NCBI GenBank assembly: GCA_963835065.1
Contig: CAWIEK010000009.1
Location: 96,001 to 160,000 of the forward strand
Length of the DNA stretch: 64,000 nt
Origin: an uncultured Chthonomonadaceae bacterium
GTDB taxonomy: Bacteria > Armatimonadota > Chthonomonadetes > Chthonomonadales > Chthonomonadaceae
Direction: 5' to 3'
The notes under the pieces were generated by a model. It ran no database searches. It was not told the origin of the DNA and was given only the letters and a program-made list of their open reading frames with translations. The first letter of the stretch is position 1, and the number at the start of each line of letters is the position of its first letter. The position numbers were made by a program, and so were the translations under genes. Shown here piece after piece: positions 29,365 through 39,685 of the stretch.

Positions 29365-30582
29365 ATGCAGCACCAGCATATACAAGAAGAAGCGCGCGAG
29401 TTCAGCCTGCCTCCTGATACAGGGGGGCTGCGTACTATGCCGCCGGATGTGTCGGCAGATGCTGCAGCTTGCCTGAACATGGAAACGGAAACACAGGCTA
29501 AAAATGATCCTTTGATTTCAGAAGTATTACCAATCGAAACACGCCAACAAACGCCGTTTATTCAGAAGTTGCGGCGTAAATTGTTCCGGCGCTCCTTTCC
29601 GTCCATGCCGCAAGCGTACTCGGAAAATCCCAGCCCGCTTGACGCGCAAAAGTTCAGTGCGGCATTGACCGCATTATGTAACCCCGCGCCCAGCGCCTGG
29701 CGCGAACGCATGTATTGCGCCTGGCTGCTTGGTCATGCGCCCCTGACACCCGCACAGCAACTTGAAGCAACCCGCGCTTTAGGCAGCGAGGTACAATTCC
29801 GCTATGTATCCCGTTACGACCGGTTTCGTGCCCACTTACGAAGAGTAGAGTATCAAACGCTGCCATTGGCTGTCATCAGCGCTCTATGGATTACTCTGCC
29901 AATTATCCGGCACGGTACTCATCATCATACTACGCTTGATCTATCTACGTCTGTATTCATGGTTGCCGGTATGTTTTTGGCGCTGTATGTCTCTCTTTTT
30001 CCAAGTGTCTTTCTGCTTTCCGCGCTTCTAAACATGCGCCGCGTCAACAGTGTGCGCGTTGCCGCGATTCTGGCTTTGGCGCGTTTGCGCGCGCCGGAAG
30101 CTATCGGGCCACTTTCCCGCGCCGCTCTGGATGTCAGTCATGGCATACGAGTCGTGGCGGAGGAGAGCCTCCGCCAATGCCTGCCGCAGATTACGCCTGA
30201 CCACTATGGGCGACTGGATGCGGATACGGTTCCCGCCCTGTGCAAACTGCTGGATGTTAAAAAAGAGCGGTTGTTTGCCGGACACCTGCATACCGAGCAA
30301 CTGGTGCTGGATGTATTAGACGCATTGGGCAAAATCGGCGATGGCAGCGCTGTGCGACATGTGGAAAGCGTAGCCGAGGATGGCTGGACGTCGTCTGCGC
30401 GCGACGCCGCCCGCCAAATCCTGCCCCTTCTGCGCCAGCGCCAACAGCAGGAAAACGAACTCCGCCTCCTCCTGCGCGGCTCCACGCCACCCCCGACTTC
30501 CCCCGACCAGCTTCTGCGCCCCACCCTGCCCACTCCCCACACTGCGCCTGAACTACTATTAAGATCAGGGAGTAGGGAGTAG
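29365..30582 (+). CDS. HEAT-repeat membrane protein, tandem paralog of 28069-29184
   Basis: WRERMYCAWLLG, 2 TM, DALGKIGDG, LLRG..LLRP..LLRS tail. Confidence 0.78.
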   Translation: MQHQHIQEEAREFSLPPDTGGLRTMPPDVSADAAACLNMETETQAKNDPLISEVLPIETRQQTPFIQKLRRKLFRRSFPSMPQAYSENPSPLDAQKFSAALTALCNPAPSAWRERMYCAWLLGHAPLTPAQQLEATRALGSEVQFRYVSRYDRFRAHLRRVEYQTLPLAVISALWITLPIIRHGTHHHTTLDLSTSVFMVAGMFLALYVSLFPSVFLLSALLNMRRVNSVRVAAILALARLRAPEAIGPLSRAALDVSHGIRVVAEESLRQCLPQITPDHYGRLDADTVPALCKLLDVKKERLFAGHLHTEQLVLDVLDALGKIGDGSAVRHVESVAEDGWTSSARDAARQILPLLRQRQQQENELRLLLRGSTPPPTSPDQLLRPTLPTPHTAPELLLRSGSRE

Positions 30583-30665
30583 GGAGTAGATATTAGGCAT
30601 TAGATGCAAGGCAGAAGACAGAAGGCACTTGTGCCTAATGCCTAATGCCTAATGCCTAATGCCTC

Positions 30666-30698
30666 TTGACAAGCCTCGGAATCCGATGTATACTATAA
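30666..30698 (+). promoter_or_regulatory. Sigma70-type promoter for the padR operon
   Basis: TTGACA followed by overlapping TATACT/TATAAT, then AAGGAG RBS. Confidence 0.6.
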
Positions 30699-30725
30699 TC
30701 CAATGCAAGGCGCTAAGGAGCAAGA

Positions 30726-31157
30726 ATGGACGAGGAGCGGGAACTGCTCAAAGGAAATACGCCCACGCTGGTACTGGCCGTTCTTAAGGACGCGCCCCGA
30801 CACGGCTACGGCATTGCCCGCGAAATCGAGCGGCGCAGCGACAACGCCTTGAAGTTCAAGGAAGGAACGCTTTACCCCGCGCTGCACGCTCTGGAACGCG
30901 AAGGGCTGATTGTCGGCGCGTGGGAAAAAGAACCCGGCGGGCGCGAACGCAAAGTGTACCGCATCACGCCGCAGGGATTGGCCGCCTTAGCGCGGCGCGC
31001 GCAAACGTGGAACGCCTTCGCCAACGCCGTGCAAAGCGTGATTGCGGGCAGTCCACAGGGAGACCAACATGCAGGAACACCATCAGCAGCAGGAACCGGA
31101 ACAACAAACGTATTCCCCATCCCCGGTCTCCGGCCCCATCCTGAACCCACCGGCTGA
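30726..31157 (+). CDS. PadR family transcriptional regulator
   Basis: LLKGN...HGYGIAREIE...EGTLYPALHALE...RKVYRITPQG. Confidence 0.93.
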   Translation: MDEERELLKGNTPTLVLAVLKDAPRHGYGIAREIERRSDNALKFKEGTLYPALHALEREGLIVGAWEKEPGGRERKVYRITPQGLAALARRAQTWNAFANAVQSVIAGSPQGDQHAGTPSAAGTGTTNVFPIPGLRPHPEPTG

Positions 31158-31887
31158 TACCGGCGCTACAGACGCGCTGCTGGACGCTTATCTGGATTCG
31201 ATCTGCGCCAATCTGCCGCCCGAAGTGGATTCGGATGCCGCGCAGGATATGCGCCGTGAAATGCGCGGGCATTTGCAGGCGGCAGTGGTTGCCGGGCAGG
31301 AATTGGGCTACGCGCCGGAACAGTCTGTAGAACATGCGTTCGCCCAATTCGGCAAGCCGCAGGTTGTGGCGCGGCAATGGCAGGAAGAGTGGGAAACAAC
31401 GCTTACGGCAACAAAGGCTGTTCCCTTCCTGCCCTCGCTGAAGCTGGCGTCGAAAATGTGGGCGGTTTCGGGAGGCATGGCAGTTGCCGCCGGCGCGATT
31501 CTGATGATGCTGATTTTAACACAGCCTGAGTCACCCTTGCGTCTTCCCCTGATGTTTTCGATCTTTTTCGGACCACCGCTCGTGTCGGGAACGATCATCG
31601 GAATGCGAGCGCGCCGCCATCCGGTTCTTGCCACGCTGGCGGGCTATGCCCTGCTGCTTCCATTCCTTATTGTGGGGTTTATCGGCGTCAACGCCTGCCA
31701 AGCCCCTTATGTCAGTTGGCTGACAGGCAAAACCTTCACGTATCCATTCGGCTTGTCCGTTGAGGCAGGTATTCGCAGCGCGCTGTCCTTCATGCCGCTG
31801 TGGATTATTCTCAGCGCTTTCAGTTCGGGCATGGTGACACTGGCCCGCCGCTACAAAACGCGCGCCCGTCGGCAAATCGCGCGCTGA
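31069..31887 (+). CDS. HAAS/permease-prefix-domain membrane protein (typical PadR partner)
   Basis: DAYLDSI...RREMRGHL...AFAQFGKPQVVA followed by 4 TM helices. Confidence 0.8.
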   Translation: MQEHHQQQEPEQQTYSPSPVSGPILNPPADTGATDALLDAYLDSICANLPPEVDSDAAQDMRREMRGHLQAAVVAGQELGYAPEQSVEHAFAQFGKPQVVARQWQEEWETTLTATKAVPFLPSLKLASKMWAVSGGMAVAAGAILMMLILTQPESPLRLPLMFSIFFGPPLVSGTIIGMRARRHPVLATLAGYALLLPFLIVGFIGVNACQAPYVSWLTGKTFTYPFGLSVEAGIRSALSFMPLWIILSAFSSGMVTLARRYKTRARRQIAR

Positions 31888-32017
31888 ATAAGTGAAGTAG
31901 AGAATGTTGAGAGGAAATCCGATTTTCCGTGTCGAATGATAACAGGGTTGTTCGATAACATTGCGCCCTGTAATTTTAACACGCTGCCCACGCAAGGGGC
32001 AGAAAGGAAATAGTTGG

Positions 32018-32788
32018 ATGAAGGAAGCAATAAGCCGCCGCGCGTTAATCGGCGGAGGATTGGCGCTGGCCGGCGGGCTGCTGGCCGGGGAAAGCGCGGA
32101 CGCGGCTCCCAAAGCCAAGCGCAAAGTAGTGGTCTGGTCGGAGGGAACCGCGCCGAAGAACGTCTATCCCGATGATATTAACACAGCCATCGCGGAAGGA
32201 TTGAAGCCGCTCAAAGGCTGGGACGTGACAATCGCCAACCTCAAAGACGCCGATCAAGGCTTGCCCGACGAACTGCTCAACAACACTTCGGTGCTGATCT
32301 GGTGGGGACACCAGAAACACGGCGATGTGAAGGATGAACTGGTACAGCGCATCGTGAAGCGCGTCAAGGACGACGGCATGGGCTTTATTGCCACCCATTC
32401 CGCGCACTATTCCAAGCCGCTCAAAGCCATCTTGGGCACGAACTGCGGATGGAAATACTACATTGATGATGGCGCGCCCGTGGAACTGATCGTGAAAGCG
32501 CCCAAGCACCCGATTGCCAAAGGCGTGAAGGACTTTTTGGTTCCCAAAACCGAGCGTTACGGCGATCCGTTCGAGGTTCCCACGCCGGATACGCTGATTT
32601 TTGACGGCGTTTACACGCTCAAAGACGGCAAAAAAGAGAACGCGCAGCAGGGCATGGTGTGGCAGGCGGGCGCAGGCCGCGTGTTTTATTTCCAGCCCGG
32701 CCACGAAGCGTACCCCATCTACTTCATGGAAGAAATACGCCATATTTTCCGCAACGGCGTCGAGTGGTGCGCCAACAACAAAAAGTAG
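32018..32788 (+). CDS. ThuA-domain protein with Tat signal
   Basis: SRRALI twin-arginine motif; VLIWWGH, HSAHYSK, GRVFYFQPGHE. Confidence 0.9.
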   Translation: MKEAISRRALIGGGLALAGGLLAGESADAAPKAKRKVVVWSEGTAPKNVYPDDINTAIAEGLKPLKGWDVTIANLKDADQGLPDELLNNTSVLIWWGHQKHGDVKDELVQRIVKRVKDDGMGFIATHSAHYSKPLKAILGTNCGWKYYIDDGAPVELIVKAPKHPIAKGVKDFLVPKTERYGDPFEVPTPDTLIFDGVYTLKDGKKENAQQGMVWQAGAGRVFYFQPGHEAYPIYFMEEIRHIFRNGVEWCANNKK

Positions 32789-32810
32789 CGTTTCCTATAA
32801 CATGCAAAAG

Positions 32811-32852
32811 CGCCTCGTTCCTTTCCAGAAGAAAAGAACGAGGCACTTTTTG
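32811..32852. terminator. Intrinsic terminator between convergent genes
   Basis: GCCTCGTTC...GAACGAGGC followed by a T-run. Confidence 0.65.
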
Positions 32853-32889
32853 TTACCGGCTGCGCCGACTTCAAGTATGAAGCGCGCTC

Positions 32890-33123
32890 TTACTTAACGG
32901 AAGGAACGCTTTCCGGCGGCGCGCCGGAAGGCCCCATTTTACTCTGCGCGGCTGCCTTTTGCTTGGCGATAGCGGCGGCGGCGTCCGGCGACATCTGGCC
33001 GGTGCCTTTGAAGTTTTGTTCTTCCTGCTTGGTCATTTCGGACTTTTCACTGCATCCGAGAACCGCGCCGCCAAGAAGAGCAGACAAGCAAAAAACCGCG
33101 ACGTATCTGTGTGACTTGTGCAT
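32890..33123 (-). CDS. Small lipoprotein
   Basis: Lipobox VLGC; directly downstream of the prepilin-like gene. Confidence 0.75.
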   Translation of the reverse strand: MHKSHRYVAVFCLSALLGGAVLGCSEKSEMTKQEEQNFKGTGQMSPDAAAAIAKQKAAAQSKMGPSGAPPESVPSVK

Positions 33124-33211
33124 GTCCTGGATTCCTCGTTTACGCTCTCGCGGCAACCGTTGTCGCGAGAGCGTGATGTTTGACAATGTTTCTGAGGGTA
33201 TGCAAACGCGG

Positions 33212-34030
33212 CTATTTGCGGGTGGCGTCCCACATATTGTCCTGCGGGCGATTCTTGGGGTCAGGATTGGTCGTGGACGGGCGCAGCGACTTCACATGTC
33301 CATCCGCCATCAGGAAGTTGGCTGTGTCGGTGTGATGGGCGCTGACGGCTCCGTTGGGGCCATTCGGGAAAGCGGCTTTCGGGTCGTTTGTCCCGTTGGG
33401 AATCTCGCTGGGAGCGGCCCAGTCCCACCAGTTCACACCGGCAAAGCAGTTGCCGTACCAGTCGCTGTTGTTGCCATCCGCCGTGCCGTTCATCGCCGCG
33501 TCCGCGTTATGCTTGTCCGTCACCATGATGGTTTCGGCCACTTTGTTCACGACCGCCAGCGTTTGGGAATGGCCCAGCCATGACTGGTCCATAGGCGTGA
33601 AGATGCCCTTCACGACGTTGCCATTGGAGTTATCTATGAGGCCGTTGCAGCCGTAGGAGATGGGAACGCCCGCCCAGGGAACCAGCCAGGATTGCGCCGA
33701 AATTTTCAGGGCGTCATCCACGTCGCGGTAAACGGCGTAGCTTTTGATGTAAGGCTGCGTGGTAATGGCCCACGAGTTGTGCCAGGTCTCATCCATGCCC
33801 ATGGGGAAGGTCTCATCAAAGTCCTGCGTGTACATCAGGATCGCGGTTCCCATCTGCTTGACATTGGAGGTGCAGGAGATGGCGCGGGCTTTTTCGCGCG
33901 CCTGCGCAAAGACGGGGAACAGAATGGCCGCCAAGATTGCGATGATGGCGATTACGACAAGCAGTTCGATCAGGGTAAATCCCTGTGAGGACTTACGGAC
34001 CGGAGTGGCAACGCTTCTGCGCGTTTTCAT
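33212..34030 (-). CDS. Prepilin-type N-terminal cleavage / DUF1559 (H-X9-DG) protein
   Basis: [48 protein letters not shown]. Confidence 0.93.
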   Translation of the reverse strand: MKTRRSVATPVRKSSQGFTLIELLVVIAIIAILAAILFPVFAQAREKARAISCTSNVKQMGTAILMYTQDFDETFPMGMDETWHNSWAITTQPYIKSYAVYRDVDDALKISAQSWLVPWAGVPISYGCNGLIDNSNGNVVKGIFTPMDQSWLGHSQTLAVVNKVAETIMVTDKHNADAAMNGTADGNNSDWYGNCFAGVNWWDWAAPSEIPNGTNDPKAAFPNGPNGAVSAHHTDTANFLMADGHVKSLRPSTTNPDPKNRPQDNMWDATRK

Positions 34031-34107
34031 GGTTGTTGTCCTTCTCATGATTCTCATGATTCGAGTGAAATGTTCGAGATTCGAGTGGTATCCGATGCAG
34101 GCATATT

Positions 34108-35277
34108 TTACAGCGCTTGTTGGCGCGGTGGGCCGACGGATTTACGAACAATAAGTTCCAGTTCAAACACCTGGGTATCCGACAATGCGGACACAGGCAG
34201 CACGGTCGGCAATGACGCAGCGCCCTTGTTCATCCCCTCCTTTCCATTGGTTTCATTGGCCGCGCAGGCCGGCTCCGAACCGGACACGACCGCATGATCC
34301 AACCCTTCGCCGCTGATTTGCATCAGCAAACGCTCCACGGCGCGGCGTCCCATTTGTCGGAACGGCTGCCGAACCGTCGTCAGCGGCGGCGTTGTCGAGC
34401 GCGCCAGCAGCGTATCATCGAAGCCGACAACGGAAACGTCGTCCGGCACGGCCATATTGTTTTCGGCCAGCACTTCCATGCCGCCATAGGCGATGGCGTC
34501 ACTGGCGCAAAAGAACGCTGTCGGAAACGCGGCGCGGGGCCATTTGGCAAGCGCCTGCTCCATGCAATGCCGCCCCGACCAGACGCTATAATTGCCCTGC
34601 AATACCAATTCAGGGTCATAGCCAATTCCGGCTTCTTCCAATGCGGCGCAATACCCGCTCAAACGCTGCTGCACTTCCCGCATATCCAGCCCGGCGGTGA
34701 AATGCGCGATCCGGCGATGCCCGTGCGCCAGCAGATGCCGCACCGCCGCATACGCCCCGGGTTCGTTGTCCACTTCCATGTTGGCGATTGTGGCAGATTC
34801 CGGCTGAGTGCCATGTATCATCACCAGGGGCGTCAATCGCCGCAGATCTTCCAGAAAACCGCCGGAAAAGCGGGGCGGAGCCACCAGGATAATGCCGTCC
34901 ACGCGCCCATCGCAAAAGCCGGGGATTCGGCTTTGTTCCGATTCCCAGTTGGCGAGGGAACAGACCGTGATGTTCTGCCCCTGTTTGGTGGCGGCTTCCA
35001 GGATGCCGTTCAGCACTGCCAGAAAATACAGGTTTATTTCACCGCCGTCCACCACCGACACCACGCCGATAGTATCCATGCGCCGGCGGTTCAGTCCGCG
35101 CGCAACACCGTTGGGACGGTAGCGCAATCGGGCAGCCGCTTCCACGATGCGCGACCGCGTGGCGTCCGACACGCGCGCCGAAGAGCGCGAGCCGTGCAGC
35201 ACAACAGAAACCGTCATGGCGCTGACACCGGTTTCTCTGGCAATATCCTGTAAAGTAGGGGCGTTGGTTCTGGTCAT
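34108..35277 (-). CDS. LacI family transcriptional regulator
   Basis: [43 protein letters not shown]. Confidence 0.95.
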   Translation of the reverse strand: MTRTNAPTLQDIARETGVSAMTVSVVLHGSRSSARVSDATRSRIVEAAARLRYRPNGVARGLNRRRMDTIGVVSVVDGGEINLYFLAVLNGILEAATKQGQNITVCSLANWESEQSRIPGFCDGRVDGIILVAPPRFSGGFLEDLRRLTPLVMIHGTQPESATIANMEVDNEPGAYAAVRHLLAHGHRRIAHFTAGLDMREVQQRLSGYCAALEEAGIGYDPELVLQGNYSVWSGRHCMEQALAKWPRAAFPTAFFCASDAIAYGGMEVLAENNMAVPDDVSVVGFDDTLLARSTTPPLTTVRQPFRQMGRRAVERLLMQISGEGLDHAVVSGSEPACAANETNGKEGMNKGAASLPTVLPVSALSDTQVFELELIVRKSVGPPRQQAL

Positions 35278-35503
35278 AGTTAGTAAACACTCGATTGAAT
35301 AGAGTATACAGCCATTTAGCGATAAATCAGACCCTTTTGATATTATTTTTCAGATTATTTTTCGCAATAGATGCGATCTCTGGCTTTGATGTTCCCTACA
35401 CATCACATCTATATCAAAATTCGCGCTTCTATGCTTGACCAAGTCTTAGCAAGCAATTATAGCAATCTGCCTCCGCGCTTTTTGCTCGGTTCATTTTGCC
35501 CGC

Positions 35504-35845
35504 CTACTCTTCTACAACGCGAACCGTTACCATTCCCCCTTTCAATATCGCCTGGCAGCCAAGCCGGGACGTGGCAATCCGGTCTTCCGCCGAGGTCAGC
35601 CGATCCGCCTCCACATCCTCCATGCGGGAAAGATGCTCCATTCCAACTAAAATATGTACATGGCACGTCGTACACGCGCAATTGCCGCCGCACTCATGCT
35701 CCAGCGGTATGCCATTGTCCAATGCCGCGTCCAAAATCGTATCCCCTGCCCGCGCCGCAACGGTTCGGTTCTGCGGCAAAAACGTCAGCGTCACTGCCGA
35801 ATGTTGTTCTGATTTTGTAGTTTCCTGCACGGTATGCCTTCTCAT
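35504..35845 (-). CDS. 2Fe-2S ferredoxin (ISC/adrenodoxin type)
   Basis: HECGGNCACTTCHV...SRLGCQ. Confidence 0.92.
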   Translation of the reverse strand: MRRHTVQETTKSEQHSAVTLTFLPQNRTVAARAGDTILDAALDNGIPLEHECGGNCACTTCHVHILVGMEHLSRMEDVEADRLTSAEDRIATSRLGCQAILKGGMVTVRVVEE

Positions 35846-36075
35846 AGATTAGTGTTAAACCGTTCCCAAATCAAACAAGCAAAGGAGTTTTACCCCTTCG
35901 CGCCTAAACTTCACTCACCAATCTTCCAATATCTGAAATGCGAGGAAGACGGAAGAGGGACTATAGGAAGTATGGAAGACAGAAGCCGAACACCGAACAC
36001 CAACTGCCGAATACCTGACTCATCCTCAACACTTGAACACTTGAACCCCAACAAAATCAAGGAGACTCCTAAAAT

Positions 36076-37485
36076 ATGACCACCGTTGATCCGAAAGTGT
36101 TTCGGACCTATGACATACGCGCCCTTGTGCCCGACATGGTGACGCCTGACAGCGAGTTTTATGGCGAACTCAACAACCCCGACGCTTTCCTCGCCACGCT
36201 GACCGCCGCACAGGTGGAACAGATTGGGCGCGGGTTGGGCGAACTGCTGGACACGGATACCGTTGTTATCGGGCATGATGCCCGGCTGTCCGGTCCCGCG
36301 TGGGCGGACGCGCTGGCGCGTGGACTGGCGCAACAGGGCGTCAACGTGGTTTTAATCGGCTATGCCACAACGGACATGGTGTACTACGCTTCCGGCAAAA
36401 TGAACGTGTGCGCCATTGAAATCACCGCCTCGCACAGTCCCAAAGAATTGAACGGCATGAAAATCGTGCGTCCGGGCGCGCAGGTCATCGGCATGGGTTC
36501 GGGCATGGAGCAACTGCGCGACATTGTGGTTTCTAATCAGTTTCGGGAGGGCAGGCCGCAGGGGAGCATTACGCGCAAAGACATTCTGGCCGAGTCCATT
36601 GACCATCTGATGCAGTTTATTGACGTGGACAGCGTGAAGCCGTTCACCATCGTTGCGGACGCGGGCAACGGCGTCGGCGGGCCGGCAGCCCACGCGCTGT
36701 TTGCCCGTTTCCCGCAACTCAAGGTCACGGAACTGTTCTTCGAGCCGGACGGCAATTTTCCCAATCACGGTCCCAACCCGTTTGAACACGAAAACATCGA
36801 GCCGTTAGTCGCCGCCGTAAAAGCGCAGAAAGCCGATTTCGGCGTGGCGTGGGATGGGGATGCCGACCGCGTGTTCTTTGTGGATGAAAACGGAACGCCG
36901 ATTTCCGGGGATGTGATTACCACCCTCGTCGCCCGCCATTTTCTTAAAATGCACCCCGGCTCAACCATTGTATATGATTTGCGCGCGTCGTGGGCCGTGC
37001 GGGACTGGGTTTCCAAATTGGGCGGCGTACCGGTTTCGGAGCGCGTCGGCCATTCGTTCATCAAGCGCCGGATGCGGGCGGAAAACGCGGTTTTCGGCGG
37101 CGAAGTGTCCGGGCATTACTACTTCCGCGACCATTTCTACGCCGACAACGGCTATATCCCGCTCCTGTCCCTGCTGCAAATGCTCAGTGAAAGCGGCAGT
37201 ACGCTCAGCCAACTCGTTGCCGGCTTGGGCGCATACTACATTTCCGGCGAAATCAACTCCACCGTGCCAGATGTAAACGCCGTTCTCAACCGCATTCAAA
37301 CCCAATTCGGGGACGGCGACATAGACCTGCGCGACGGCATCACCATCGAATATCCCGACTGGCACTTCAACGTGCGCCCGTCCGCCAACGACCCGCTCAT
37401 CCGCCTCAACCTCGAAGCCCGCAGCCAGGACGAGATGGAGCGCAAGCGCGACGAACTGCTGGCGATTATACGGGCAAACGGTTAA
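36076..37485 (+). CDS. Phosphomannomutase/phosphoglucomutase
   Basis: FRTYDIR, TASHSP, DGDADR, GEVSGH, VRPS. Confidence 0.95.
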   Translation: MTTVDPKVFRTYDIRALVPDMVTPDSEFYGELNNPDAFLATLTAAQVEQIGRGLGELLDTDTVVIGHDARLSGPAWADALARGLAQQGVNVVLIGYATTDMVYYASGKMNVCAIEITASHSPKELNGMKIVRPGAQVIGMGSGMEQLRDIVVSNQFREGRPQGSITRKDILAESIDHLMQFIDVDSVKPFTIVADAGNGVGGPAAHALFARFPQLKVTELFFEPDGNFPNHGPNPFEHENIEPLVAAVKAQKADFGVAWDGDADRVFFVDENGTPISGDVITTLVARHFLKMHPGSTIVYDLRASWAVRDWVSKLGGVPVSERVGHSFIKRRMRAENAVFGGEVSGHYYFRDHFYADNGYIPLLSLLQMLSESGSTLSQLVAGLGAYYISGEINSTVPDVNAVLNRIQTQFGDGDIDLRDGITIEYPDWHFNVRPSANDPLIRLNLEARSQDEMERKRDELLAIIRANG

Positions 37486-37533
37486 CCACGGGGATCACGG
37501 GAACACGGGAGAAGAACAGGGGAGAAGACAACG

Positions 37534-38886
37534 ATGGATCGCGCGCTTTGGAGTAATCCGAATACTGCCGTAATTGTGGCCGCTATTGCCGCAACGCAAA
37601 TGCTGTGCGGCGCGGTGATTCTGCTGCTTCTCCATTTGTGGCTGCGGCAGCGGGATGTGAAAGACCGGAGCCTGCTCTGGCTGTGTATCAGCCTGCTCAG
37701 TTGGGCAATAATCCATGCTTCCAAATTGCTTTCCGGGCCGTGGAAAATCAGCAACGCGGATGCCATCAGCTACACCCTTTCCCCGGTCAGCAGCATTTTG
37801 TTTACTATGACGGCGTTTCAGCTTGCGCGCGTCCGCGAACTGTTTCAAAACAAGGATCGCAAACACTGGCCGCGCAGCATGGTCGCAAGCGTTGTCGCCG
37901 CGTCCCTCGTGGAGTGGATTTTGCTGTTCTTTTATCCGCCTGCCGCAAAAGTCATAGACGCAACCACGTCCAGCCTCGCCCTTATTATCTTAGGCATCGG
38001 CCTGATGTACTCTTTCTACATCTATAACAACCAGTATCTGGCGGCGCTGACCGGGGTAACGTTCCTCTATCAGATCGCAAAACAATTTCTGCTGGCGCTG
38101 CAAACCGCGTCGGGCGCGCGGGCGATTTTCGACAGCGCGAGCAGCACCATTACAACCATGCTGTTCATCGCGCTGGCAGTGGCGTGGGGGCTGTCGGATA
38201 CGTCGCGCTTACGGTTTGTGGGTGGCTCGTCCAACGTGAATGTGGTCGCCATTTTCTTCGATTTGCGCGGCTCTTCGCAGTGGGCGAAACAGGTGACGGC
38301 AAAGCGCAGCGCCTCGCAGGTCGGATTGTTTATGGACAGTCTGCGGGAATGGGCGCGGAACCAGGCGTTGAGTTTTCCCGACAATCGCCCGGACTTTATC
38401 AAGTTTTTGGGGGATGGGTTCCTCTTTGTGTGGGAAGTTTCGGACAGGAAACTGCTCTGGGAACGGGCCGGAATAGAAGTGCGGCTGGCCTACAAAATCT
38501 ACAGCGAGTACGCCGACTGGCTGAAAACGGAGGATTGGGAGCAGGAATTGGGCAGTGTGCCGCCCGCGTTGGGCATTGGCGTGGATGCGGGGCATGTCAT
38601 CCGCATTACCTACGAGAATGGAGCCAACGATTATATCGGCGCAGCCGTCAACAACGCCGCTAAATTACAAGATTTAGCGCGGCCCAACGGGGGTGTCGTA
38701 GTACTTAATTCGACGTGGCAGCAGTGCAGCAACTGCAGCGGCAGTTTGACGCAAACGCTGGAAGACAAATTTATTGCCAATTACCTTCTTCATCCCACCG
38801 AAAAAATAGGCGACGACGAAAAAGTATACGCCACTGCAGAAGTCGTATTTTCATCACGCGGCAGCGTCGAAGCATCCAGTATCTAA
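37534..38886 (+). CDS. Multi-TM class III adenylate/guanylate cyclase-domain protein
   Basis: About 7 TM; FFDLRGSS, KFLGDG, GIGVDAG, DYIGAAVNNAAKLQ. Confidence 0.82.
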   Translation: MDRALWSNPNTAVIVAAIAATQMLCGAVILLLLHLWLRQRDVKDRSLLWLCISLLSWAIIHASKLLSGPWKISNADAISYTLSPVSSILFTMTAFQLARVRELFQNKDRKHWPRSMVASVVAASLVEWILLFFYPPAAKVIDATTSSLALIILGIGLMYSFYIYNNQYLAALTGVTFLYQIAKQFLLALQTASGARAIFDSASSTITTMLFIALAVAWGLSDTSRLRFVGGSSNVNVVAIFFDLRGSSQWAKQVTAKRSASQVGLFMDSLREWARNQALSFPDNRPDFIKFLGDGFLFVWEVSDRKLLWERAGIEVRLAYKIYSEYADWLKTEDWEQELGSVPPALGIGVDAGHVIRITYENGANDYIGAAVNNAAKLQDLARPNGGVVVLNSTWQQCSNCSGSLTQTLEDKFIANYLLHPTEKIGDDEKVYATAEVVFSSRGSVEASSI

Positions 38887-38959
38887 TATCTGCTTGTGCG
38901 CTTATTAATTCGTTCCCCCTCTCACCCCCGTGTCCTCCGTGTTCCCCGTGGTTCACTTC

Positions 38960-39682
38960 CTACGTGGTTTGCGTTAGCACGCGCTGCCAGCGAGGTTCGG
39001 GGATGCTCAGAAAGACTTTCACAATCTCAGGATCGAACTGCCTGCCGCTGAACTTTTCGATTTCCGTTCGGGCGGCGTCGAAGGGCAGGGCCGGACGGTA
39101 CGGGCGGTCACTCGTCATAGCGTCGAGCGTGTCGGCGACGGCGAAAATGCGGGCGCCGAGCGGGATGGCTTCGCCTTTCAGCCCGTAGGGATAGCCGCTG
39201 CCGTCCCAGGCTTCGTGGTGGTGCAGCACGATTGTGGCGGCGGTTTTCAGCAGGTCAATTTTAGCGCACATCTCGTAGCCTATGAGCGGATGCTGGCGGA
39301 TTTCAACCCACTCTTCCGGCGTCAGTTTGCCCGGCTTGCGCAGGATGCTGTCGGGAACGCCGATTTTGCCGATGTCGTGCAGCAGCGCGCCCCGCTCGAT
39401 GGGATACAGTTCCGCTTCGCGCAAATTCAGGAGGTCGGCGAGTTCGATGGTATACGCGGTCACGCGCTCCAAATGGCCTTCCGTTTCCGTATCGCGGGTA
39501 TTCAGCGCGCTCAACAGGGCGTCCAGCATGGTTTCAGCAGTGTGATTTGTAGCCGGGAAAACTGCCTGCATCCTGTTTTCCGCCGAGGCCAGGCTGCCGT
39601 TCTTCCTTGCCGCGTTGCGCGTTGGCGCAAGTGTGTCAAGGCTGTCATGCTGGGAAATGCGGCGCGCTTTCGGGTTAAACAT
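38960..39682 (-). CDS. HD-GYP domain phosphodiesterase
   Basis: LHDIGKIG, HHEAWDGSGYP, VADTLDAMTSDRPYR. Confidence 0.93.
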   Translation of the reverse strand: MFNPKARRISQHDSLDTLAPTRNAARKNGSLASAENRMQAVFPATNHTAETMLDALLSALNTRDTETEGHLERVTAYTIELADLLNLREAELYPIERGALLHDIGKIGVPDSILRKPGKLTPEEWVEIRQHPLIGYEMCAKIDLLKTAATIVLHHHEAWDGSGYPYGLKGEAIPLGARIFAVADTLDAMTSDRPYRPALPFDAARTEIEKFSGRQFDPEIVKVFLSIPEPRWQRVLTQTT

Positions 39683-39685
39683 AAT

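Noticed and set aside
37534..38886. Pycsar/CBASS-type anti-phage cyclase system
   Set aside because: KFLGDG and DYIG residues fit an adenylyl-type class III cyclase, and no cognate effector gene is adjacent.
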